From Candidatus Zixiibacteriota bacterium (GTDB lineage Bacteria; Zixibacteria; MSB-5A5; CAIYYT01), in contig JBECKX010000216.1 in assembly GCA_040235515.1 (NCBI GenBank), forward strand, positions 1 through 12,995: a DNA stretch of 12,995 nucleotides, written 5' to 3'. Each line of letters opens with the position of its first letter. Position 1 is the first letter of the stretch. Made by a program: the position numbers and the translations under genes. The notes under the pieces are model-generated. The model searched no databases. It was not told the DNA's origin and saw only the letters and a program-made list of their open reading frames with translations. This document shows positions 1 to 7,086 of the stretch, piece by piece.

Positions 1-212
1 GCATGGAACAAGGCAATATCGAGACGATGGCCAAGCTCTACGAGGGAATGGACGCTCAGGAGCTTGTTCCGATTCTTTCGAATCTTGAGGACGCGCAGGT
101 CAGCGTACTTATCAGCAAAATGAAGAAGCAGAAGGCGTCTGAAGTGCTTGGCCAGATGGACCCGGCACGCGCCGCGAAGATCACCAAGTACATTATTTCA
201 ATGAATAACTAG
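1..212 (+). CDS. C-terminal part of a MotE/FlbB/YlxF-like flagellar protein (MgtE-N-like helical domain); 5'-truncated by the window
   Basis: Translation ...MAKLYEGMDAQELVPILSNLEDAQVSVLISKMKKQKASEVLGQMDPARAAKIT fits the 'Y..M....A..IL..L.....IL..M....A..IL..MDP..AA..T' pattern of this family. It sits directly upstream of fliK, the usual position. TAG stop at 210-212. Confidence 0.8.
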   Translation, partial: MEQGNIETMAKLYEGMDAQELVPILSNLEDAQVSVLISKMKKQKASEVLGQMDPARAAKITKYIISMNN

Positions 213-225
213 TGTTGATGACGCA

Positions 226-2004
226 ATGATGAACCCGATTCTTGACATACTATCGTTTGGGACGCTCCCGAATCCGATTGCCGGAGCTTCCGGAAAGGCC
301 GCATCAGGTGGTCTCGGTGGTGCATTTGCCGCACCCGGAGTGACCGATGCCGGCCGCGTTCCCTTCGGTGGTCCCGGGATCGGGATCGCGCAAAGTGGAA
401 GCTCATCCTTCGCTAAAGTGCTTGCCAACTTCTCTGATGAAGATGCCGGCATTTGCGCTGGAAGCGCTCTGCTGACAGACCTGCCGGACGGGTTAGCTGA
501 ACTCGTCGGTGGAGAGGGTGCGTCGAATCAGTTGATCGAACAACTCGAGAATCTCGGTGTTCAACCTGTTCGCCTGACCGATCATTTCGGCAGCGGGCGC
601 GGAATGAGCCATGAACAACTGGCTGATCTCGTCGATCGACTCCCGGAAGAGTCACTGAAAAGCATTTACGCAATGCTCTTCGGGCATGAGTGGAATGCGG
701 AACTTGCCGGGACGGCAGTGGGAAACGACAATTCAACGCAACCAACGGAAGTCGGTAACAAGTCGGCGGGCGAGCTTCAAATCGCCTCCAGTTCCGACAT
801 CAAGGCCAGCCTCAGCGCGGCGGGAACCCAGACGACTGCGAATCTGAATTCGGATCAAGCTATCGCCGTACTGAGTCAGGATGACTCGACTCCGGTTGTC
901 GCAGCCAGGGTGGAGTTAGCTGCTGAAGCGTCCGCCAAACCAGCCGAAGCGACTGATCTGTTGAGCCCAGCCCAGCCTCAGAAAGAAAATGATGCGGCGA
1001 TTGCTCAAGCAATCAAGTCGCAGATCTATACACTAGCAGATGAGTCCCCGCGCGCGATGCACAAGTTGGTTGATCACCTGAGCAAGTTGTTCCCGGAGCT
1101 CAAGATTGCATCTGCTGAACTCACCGCAACGGTTAGCGCAGAAGATACGGTCGAAACTAAAGACAACCCGCTCCAGAGTCGTGCTGCACTCAGCCGGCAG
1201 ACCGCGGAGGTTGAGGATTTCGACGCATTAACGCGGTTCCAGAGAACCGGCACGCAGGAGTCGACACCAACGGTTTCGCGCGGCGAGGAACGCAAAGCGC
1301 AGATCATCGATCTCAGAGCCCTGCAAAACCAAAATGTTCAGGCCGAGGCGATGTCGAATCAGAAGCCGGAAGCGGGAGCTACCGCTTCCGCCACCCCGGA
1401 GGCCGCAGCGCTTAACCAGGGTGCCACCGCTTCAGCCACACCGAAAGATTTCAAGAGCCTGGAGTTCAGCAATCGCAATGAAAAGCAATCTGATACGCAT
1501 GCGATCGACCCCGGCTCTCGCAACGACTCCAGAGTTAAATTGGAGAATCCGCAACCGGCGCGTGCGGTGAGTTCCACACCCGATGTCGAGAACTTTCGCA
1601 TCGTAATGCGTCGTGCACACATCGACGCACTGCTTCAACGCGGTGAAGTGAAGATGCAGCTCCAGCCGGAACACCTCGGATCACTCAAAATCGAACTGCA
1701 CACTCACAATTCGCAGATGTCGGCTCGGCTCGAGACCTCTTCGCATGAGGCCCGCCAACTGGTGGAAAACAACCTGCCGCAATTGCGCGAGAGTTTCGAG
1801 AAGCTCGGCATCAAGCTGGGTGAAATCAATGTCAGCGTGAGTGATGGACGAATGTCAAACCAGCAAGGTCGATTCGAACAAATGCACAGAGGAAATCTTA
1901 AACGATCTGTCGGCATAGCGCAGAGCGAGCAGGTGGAGGTGTCACCTGCGGCCTCACTTAGCTCCGCTCCGCTTTATGCCGGTGGGCTAAACATCCTGGC
2001 ATAG
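226..2004 (+). CDS. fliK: Flagellar hook-length control protein FliK
   Basis: 592 aa. Long low-complexity Ala/Ser/Thr/Gln-rich region followed by a C-terminal T3S4/Flg_hook domain (EVKMQLQPEHLGSLKIEL...ARQLVENNLPQLRESFEKLGI) and a 'LNILA' C-terminus. Upstream of flgD. Start is ATG 226 or 229. Confidence 0.92.
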   Translation: MMNPILDILSFGTLPNPIAGASGKAASGGLGGAFAAPGVTDAGRVPFGGPGIGIAQSGSSSFAKVLANFSDEDAGICAGSALLTDLPDGLAELVGGEGASNQLIEQLENLGVQPVRLTDHFGSGRGMSHEQLADLVDRLPEESLKSIYAMLFGHEWNAELAGTAVGNDNSTQPTEVGNKSAGELQIASSSDIKASLSAAGTQTTANLNSDQAIAVLSQDDSTPVVAARVELAAEASAKPAEATDLLSPAQPQKENDAAIAQAIKSQIYTLADESPRAMHKLVDHLSKLFPELKIASAELTATVSAEDTVETKDNPLQSRAALSRQTAEVEDFDALTRFQRTGTQESTPTVSRGEERKAQIIDLRALQNQNVQAEAMSNQKPEAGATASATPEAAALNQGATASATPKDFKSLEFSNRNEKQSDTHAIDPGSRNDSRVKLENPQPARAVSSTPDVENFRIVMRRAHIDALLQRGEVKMQLQPEHLGSLKIELHTHNSQMSARLETSSHEARQLVENNLPQLRESFEKLGIKLGEINVSVSDGRMSNQQGRFEQMHRGNLKRSVGIAQSEQVEVSPAASLSSAPLYAGGLNILA

Positions 2005-2021
2005 CCGAGGCAGGCAAGAAT

Positions 2022-2711
2022 ATGAATGCTCAATCAATAAGCGAAATACTCGCTCCGCAGTCGACTGAACCGGCGACTGCCAACAACAAACTCGGGAAAG
2101 AGGAATTTCTGAAGATGCTGGTAGCGCAGATGCAATACCAGAATCCGCTTGATCCGCTCAAGGATCAGGAATTCATCGCTCAGATGACCAGTTTCTCATC
2201 CCTGGAACAGTTGCAGAACATGAACGACACGCTGTCGCAGGATGTCCAATGGAACATGCTGCTGTCGCAAACGATCAGCAACACGATGGCGACCAGCCTG
2301 ATCGGGCGTGAAGTAACCGCCGGCGCGAATGTGACCACTATCACCAGCAATGGTGTCACTCCGATCAAGTTCGCCTCCGCAGCCTACGCCAAAGATGGAA
2401 CAATCACCATTCGCAATGCTGAAGGCGAGATCGTGCGAACCATTCCGGTGGCGCAGCTTCAACCCGGCAAGAACAGCATCGAATGGAATGGCAAAGACAG
2501 CGACGGAGTCGAACTTCCGCAGGGCAGTTATAGCTATGAAGTTGACCTGCGCGATACCAACGGCGGTCGGGTCGATACGGAGTCGTTTACATCCGGCGTC
2601 GTGCAGGGTGTGCGCTACTTCGATGGTCAAGCCTACCTGATGATCGATGGTGGCTACATCCCACTGACCGACGTGCAGAACGTTGAGATGCAGGAGGTGG
2701 ATGGTGGCTGA
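2022..2711 (+). CDS. flgD: Flagellar hook capping (scaffold) protein FlgD
   Basis: N-terminal LGKEEFLKMLVAQMQYQNPLDPLKDQEFIAQMTSFSSLEQLQNMN signature and a FlgD Ig-like segment (TIRNAEGEIVRTI...WNGKDSDGVELPQGSY). Confidence 0.97.
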   Translation: MNAQSISEILAPQSTEPATANNKLGKEEFLKMLVAQMQYQNPLDPLKDQEFIAQMTSFSSLEQLQNMNDTLSQDVQWNMLLSQTISNTMATSLIGREVTAGANVTTITSNGVTPIKFASAAYAKDGTITIRNAEGEIVRTIPVAQLQPGKNSIEWNGKDSDGVELPQGSYSYEVDLRDTNGGRVDTESFTSGVVQGVRYFDGQAYLMIDGGYIPLTDVQNVEMQEVDGG

Positions 2712-3072
2712 TCAATTGATCCAGACACTCACACGCATCCAGCCGGTTGGAACCACGCCAACTGACCCTGTCGGTCAACAGGCGGGCAGAGCGGCGTCGG
2801 TTACGAAACAGGACGCCGAGGGACTGACGTTCTCCCGGCACCTGAATGACAGAATCAACCGCCGCAGTATTGAACTTGACGGCGACAAGATATCGCGCCT
2901 CTCCAGCGCAGTTGATCGCGCTGCGGGTAAAGGCGCCCGCGACTCGGTAGTCCTCCTCGACGACCTGGCCGTGCTGGTGAACGTTTCCAACCGCACAGTC
3001 TTGACGGCGATCGAGACCGGCAAGATGCGGGATGGTGTCTTTACGAACATCGATTCAGTAGTTGTGGGATAG
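2704..3072 (+). CDS. Putative flagellar operon protein (TIGR02530-like), function unknown
   Basis: Motifs LTFSRHLNDRINRRSI, AAGKGARDSVVLLDDLAVLVNVSNRTVLTA and C-terminal VFTNIDSVV. Located between flgD and flgE as is typical. GTG at 2704 is preferred over the track's 2683 because GGAGGT (2693-2698) lies 5 nt upstream; ATG 2701 is an alternative. Overlaps the flgD stop. Confidence 0.88.
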   Translation: MADQLIQTLTRIQPVGTTPTDPVGQQAGRAASVTKQDAEGLTFSRHLNDRINRRSIELDGDKISRLSSAVDRAAGKGARDSVVLLDDLAVLVNVSNRTVLTAIETGKMRDGVFTNIDSVVVG

Positions 3073-3090
3073 ATGACTTATCAAATAAAC

Positions 3091-3131
3091 GCAGGCCGGA
3101 CCTCCATTGAGGAAGCCTGTTGTATGGAGGT
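3091..3131 (+). promoter_or_regulatory. Candidate cis-regulatory RNA element at the flgE ribosome-binding site (hairpin versus anti-SD alternative folds)
   Basis: Fold A: GCAGGC(3091-3096)/GCCTGT(3115-3120) outer stem, CGGA/AA internal loop, CCTC(3101-3104)/GAGG(3109-3112) inner stem, CATT loop. Fold B: ACCTCCAT(3100-3107) is the exact reverse complement of ATGGAGGT(3124-3131), which contains the SD. Confidence 0.55.
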
Positions 3132-3140
3132 AAACAAACA

Positions 3141-5063
3141 ATGTTAGCATCTCTCTTCGCCGGCGTCGCCGGACTGAGAAACCACCAGGTGAGGATGAAC
3201 GTGATCGGAAACAACGTTTCAAACATCAACACGATCGGCTTCAAGTCGGGTCGTTCGATTTTCCAGGAAGCGCTCGTGCAGAGCCTTCGTGGCGCCGGAC
3301 GTCCGTCGGCCATATCGGGTGGTACCAATCCGGTTCAGCTTGGATTGGGCATGAACGTTGCCTCGATCGACAACCTCTTCACCCAGGGCGGTCTTGAATT
3401 GACCGGTCAAATCACCGACCTCGCCATTCAGGGTAATGGATTCTTCATCCTCTCAGATGGAAGCCAGAAGTATTACACCCGCGCGGGCGCTTTCGGATTT
3501 GACGCCAACAGCTACCTGGTGAATCCGTCAAACGGTCTTTATGTACAGGGCAAGATGGCGGACGCCAATGGTGTGATCCCGGCGACCGCGACGGTTGGAA
3601 ATATCATCCTTCCGTTTGGACAGCAGGATCCCGCCAACGCCACAACCGAGGTTGCCTATGGCAATAACCTCGACGCTTCGGCCACTCGCTCCGCCGCATC
3701 GATCAGAGGCGGAACCGTACCGAGTAACGGCGTTGCCCAGGTATCCGGAACTGCGCTGAATGGTGCCGGTGGTACGCACGTTGTGACGATTACCGGTAAC
3801 CAGGCTACCCGGGCGATTCAGTCGGGTGCCAACGCGGGCGCTCCCGGTGCTCTCACCGGAAATGAGACGCTGACCAGTCTCGGTGTGACCAACGCGACCA
3901 ACCTCACTGTTTCAATCGACGGTGACAGCGATATCAATATCGAAGGCTTGACGATCAACTCGACCGTGAACGAATTAGTGTCGTTGCTCGACCTCGTGGA
4001 TGGTATCGATGTCGATATCGTCGGAGGCGAGATCCAGATCGTCCGCACCAAGGCAGGCGCCGGGTATACGATGGCTACCAACACTGCGACCGCAGGTGAC
4101 ATCGCGAATATCATCTTCGGCGCGGCGGTTGGTGCACAGTTCCAGGCTAACAACGGTACAGATCATACTTTCGTAGCTACCGACGAATTCACTCCCTCGG
4201 TGGGAGGCTCGCCGGTCACGAGTACACTCGGAATCTCCGTCAATCAGAATACCGGCCTCGCCACCGGCGTTACCGGACTGGGTGGCGGTGGTGTCACGAT
4301 TACATCGTCCGACACCGGTTTGACCGCCGGCGTCGCGCAGATTGTCACCCAGGATACCGAGAAGTCGACCTCGATCACCATCTACGACTCGCTCGGCGGT
4401 ACACACACGATGCTGACGAACTTCGTCAAGTCGCATGAGCCGAACAAGTGGTACTGGAAAGTGACGATGGGTTCCGGCGAGACAATCCAGTCCGGCGGAA
4501 GCGGCACGGTGACCTTCAACAACAACGGATCGCTGTTGCGCTGGGAATATGACGGTGGCGCCGATCAACTCACCTACGATCCGAACAACGGCGCCGGTCA
4601 GAGTCAGATCGACCTGTTTGCCGGCAACTCGGGCGAGTTCAATGGGCTGACCGGATTCTCAGGTGTCGAGACTGTCGCGGCCGTCAACCAGGATGGTTAC
4701 GGCATGGGTATCCTCGATAAAATCTCGATCGATCCGACCGGATTGATCATTGGTATTTTCACCAATGGCGTATCGCGTAACCTCGCACAGATTACGCTGG
4801 CAGACTTCAACAACGAACAGGGATTGCTCAAGTCCGGTGAGTCACTCTACCAGACCTCGGCGAACTCTGGTGAGGGTATCGAGGGAGTGGCGGGTGAAAC
4901 CGTTTCCGCAACGATCTCCTCAGGATCGCTGGAATCGGCCAACGTCGATCTGGCGCAGGAATTCACGAATATGATTATCGCACAGCGCGGATTTCAATCG
5001 AACGCGCGTGTGATCACAACCTCTGATAACATGCTCGACGAGCTGGTAAACCTCAAGAGGTAA
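3141..5063 (+). CDS. flgE: Flagellar hook protein FlgE, long form (640 aa)
   Basis: N-terminal SLFAGVAGLRNHQVRMNVIGNNVSNINTIGFK, DLAIQGNGFF, YTRAGAF, ITIYDSLG and C-terminal LESANVDLAQEFTNMIIAQRGFQSNARVITTSD. The true start is ATG 3141, with GGAGGT at 3126-3131, rather than TTG 3120. Confidence 0.97.
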   Translation: MLASLFAGVAGLRNHQVRMNVIGNNVSNINTIGFKSGRSIFQEALVQSLRGAGRPSAISGGTNPVQLGLGMNVASIDNLFTQGGLELTGQITDLAIQGNGFFILSDGSQKYYTRAGAFGFDANSYLVNPSNGLYVQGKMADANGVIPATATVGNIILPFGQQDPANATTEVAYGNNLDASATRSAASIRGGTVPSNGVAQVSGTALNGAGGTHVVTITGNQATRAIQSGANAGAPGALTGNETLTSLGVTNATNLTVSIDGDSDINIEGLTINSTVNELVSLLDLVDGIDVDIVGGEIQIVRTKAGAGYTMATNTATAGDIANIIFGAAVGAQFQANNGTDHTFVATDEFTPSVGGSPVTSTLGISVNQNTGLATGVTGLGGGGVTITSSDTGLTAGVAQIVTQDTEKSTSITIYDSLGGTHTMLTNFVKSHEPNKWYWKVTMGSGETIQSGGSGTVTFNNNGSLLRWEYDGGADQLTYDPNNGAGQSQIDLFAGNSGEFNGLTGFSGVETVAAVNQDGYGMGILDKISIDPTGLIIGIFTNGVSRNLAQITLADFNNEQGLLKSGESLYQTSANSGEGIEGVAGETVSATISSGSLESANVDLAQEFTNMIIAQRGFQSNARVITTSDNMLDELVNLKR

Positions 5064-5073
5064 CAGGTAAGCA

Positions 5074-5286
5074 ATGATTAAGGTCACTCGATTAAATGGA
5101 CAATCCCTCGTGGTAAACGCCGACCTGATTGAGTTCGTGGAGGAAATCCCCGATACAATCGTCAGCCTGACCACCGGGAAGAAGATAATGGTCAAGGAAG
5201 ACTCGGACCAAATCATCGACAAGGTTGCGGCATATCGACGCTTAAGTGGAGCGGTCGGTAACATGCCACAAGTCGAGACTTCTTAG
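5074..5286 (+). CDS. flbD: Flagellar protein FlbD (SwrD/YlzI family)
   Basis: MIKVTRLNGQSLVVNADLIEFVEEIPDTIVSLTTGKKIMVKE is the characteristic family pattern. 70 aa, directly after flgE. Confidence 0.95.
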   Translation: MIKVTRLNGQSLVVNADLIEFVEEIPDTIVSLTTGKKIMVKEDSDQIIDKVAAYRRLSGAVGNMPQVETS

Positions 5287-5322
5287 GTGCGAGGAAACGC
5301 AAACTAAGAAAGAGCGAAAGCA

Positions 5323-5910
5323 ATGCCGGATACTCAGGAACAAACAGAGGTCAACGAACCGACTCCAGTTGCGAAGAAGAGTCTGATTCCCGCGAACTCA
5401 GCTCAGCTTCTCACCAGAGTTGCAATCTTTGGAGTGATTTCGCTGGTGGCGATTTTCGCGGCCTACCTCCTGACGGTGAAGGTGCTGCGCCCGATGATGG
5501 CGCAAACCGTGACCCCGCAGGAGCAGGCGGCGGAGCAGGCCGCCAAAGCAGCGGAGGAGGAAGCTAAAGCAGTTGCAGAGGACGAGGGCGGACACGGCTC
5601 GGGCGAAGGCAGTGAGTTTTACACGATCGAAAGCATCATCGTGAACCCTGCCGGCACCGCCGGTACCCGCTATCTCTCCTGTAGCGTCAGCTTCGAATTG
5701 CCGGGCAAGGAGGATATGAAAGCCTTCGAGTCGAAGTCGGTCAAGATCAAGGATATTCTCATCACCGTCCTTTCATCCAAAACGGTGGAAGAACTGTCGG
5801 ATGTCAAGAAGCGCAACGCGATGCGCAGGCAAATCCTGGCTGTGGTCAACAAATACGTCAACCCCGCCAGGGCTACCGCCGTGTACCTGACAGACTTCGT
5901 GCTGCAGTAG
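5323..5910 (+). CDS. fliL: Flagellar basal body-associated protein FliL
   Basis: Single N-proximal TM segment, charged linker, then IIVNPAGTAGTRYL...IKDILITVLSSKTVEEL...VYLTDFVLQ. Upstream of fliM. Confidence 0.95.
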   Translation: MPDTQEQTEVNEPTPVAKKSLIPANSAQLLTRVAIFGVISLVAIFAAYLLTVKVLRPMMAQTVTPQEQAAEQAAKAAEEEAKAVAEDEGGHGSGEGSEFYTIESIIVNPAGTAGTRYLSCSVSFELPGKEDMKAFESKSVKIKDILITVLSSKTVEELSDVKKRNAMRRQILAVVNKYVNPARATAVYLTDFVLQ

Positions 5911-5980
5911 AGGAGCCGGCAAGATGAGAATAACCTATGGCATTAACATCCAGTCGGCACCAGCTGTGAGGTAGCAGGAA

Positions 5981-6973
5981 TTGGCTAAGATCTTATCACA
6001 AGACGAGATTGATGCGCTACTATCGACAGTGTCATCAAGCGATGAGCCTGAAGCGCATTCGGGTGGACAGGAAGAGTCGCTACGCTCGGTCGTAGCCTAC
6101 GACTTCAAACACCCAAACCGCGTCAGCAAAGACCAGATCAGGACGCTGGAGAACCTCCACGACAACTTCGGAGGACATCTGGCATCCACTCTCTCCGCGA
6201 TTCAGCGCGCGATGGTGGATATCGAACTGGTCAGCGTGGATCAGATCACCTACTCCGAACTGGTGATGTCGCTGGTCAATCCTTCGAACGTCTTCACGGT
6301 TTCCTGCGAGCCGCTCGAGGGTCGATGCCTCGTGGACTTCAATCCGACCCTGGCGTTCCTCTTTATCGACCGCATGTTCGGCGGAAACGGACGCATCCTC
6401 GAATCGGAGCGCGAGTTGACCGGTATCGAGCGTACGGTGCTGTCGAAGATTGCTCGCAACGTCTTCAAGGAACTCGAGAAGATCTGGGCGTCGGTGATCA
6501 AACTTGATATCCGTCAGCAGTCGTTCGAGACCAACCCGCAGTTCGTGCAAATCGTGCCGCCCGGTGAAACCGTAATCGTAATCGGCTTCCAGGTGAAGAT
6601 GATGGGTAACTCGGGTCTGTTGACGATCTGCTATCCCTACGTCACGCTCGAGCCGATCATGAAGGACCTGATCGGTAACACCTGGGTGGAGCAGTCGAAG
6701 AAGGGTGACATCGAGCAAAGCTGGTCACAGAATCTCGACAATATCCAGGATGTCTCCGCAGAGATGACAGCGCGCCTCGGCACCGCTCAATTGACGGTAA
6801 AGGATTTCCTGAACCTGCAGCTGGGGGATGTCATCGAACTCGAGCAGCGTGTCGGAACACCGCTGGAAGTGTTCGTGCGGGGTCGCCGGAAATTCTCCGC
6901 GCAGCCCGGAATAGTCGGCAAGAAGATGGGGATGAAGATAACGAGAGTACATGAAGAGGAAGCGATCCGCTGA
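5981..6973 (+). CDS. fliM: Flagellar motor switch protein FliM
   Basis: TTG start with GAGGT 8 nt upstream. N-terminal CheY-P-binding ILSQDEIDALL, YDFKHPNRVSKDQIRTL, FliG-binding DRMFGGNG, ETNPQFVQIV and a C-terminal SpoA domain. Confidence 0.97.
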   Translation: MAKILSQDEIDALLSTVSSSDEPEAHSGGQEESLRSVVAYDFKHPNRVSKDQIRTLENLHDNFGGHLASTLSAIQRAMVDIELVSVDQITYSELVMSLVNPSNVFTVSCEPLEGRCLVDFNPTLAFLFIDRMFGGNGRILESERELTGIERTVLSKIARNVFKELEKIWASVIKLDIRQQSFETNPQFVQIVPPGETVIVIGFQVKMMGNSGLLTICYPYVTLEPIMKDLIGNTWVEQSKKGDIEQSWSQNLDNIQDVSAEMTARLGTAQLTVKDFLNLQLGDVIELEQRVGTPLEVFVRGRRKFSAQPGIVGKKMGMKITRVHEEEAIR

Positions 6974-7017
6974 GGACGCGGCTCAGGGAGTGAGCGGGCG
7001 GACCAGCGCGATCTTCA

Positions 7018-7059
7018 CTACGGATGTGATAGTACGGATTTGAACGTACGGTTTTGAAA
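7018..7059 (+). repeat. Three tandem imperfect 14-bp direct repeats in the fliM-fliN spacer
   Basis: CTACGGATGTGATA (7018-7031), GTACGGATTTGAAC (7032-7045), GTACGGTTTTGAAA (7046-7059); shared core TACGGWTKTGA. Confidence 0.75.
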
Positions 7060-7086
7060 AAAGAGAATGAAGCGTAGGAGTCAAGT

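Noticed and set aside
2683..2703. ATG 2683 start for the flagellar operon protein
   Set aside because: It lies upstream of the strong SD at 2693-2698; GTG 2704 or ATG 2701 fits better.
3120..3140. TTG start of flgE given by the ORF track
   Set aside because: The extension contains the SD GGAGGT, and FlgE homology begins at ATG 3141.
3141..5063. Spirochete-type lysinoalanine cross-linking of FlgE
   Set aside because: The described reaction uses a cysteine, and I see no Cys in this FlgE translation.
5938..5970. TGGCAT and GGCAC as possible sigma-54 -24 boxes before fliM
   Set aside because: No TTGC/GC at the required -12 spacing.
7018..7059. CRISPR-like array
   Set aside because: The units are 14 bp and directly adjacent with no spacers, and no cas genes are present.
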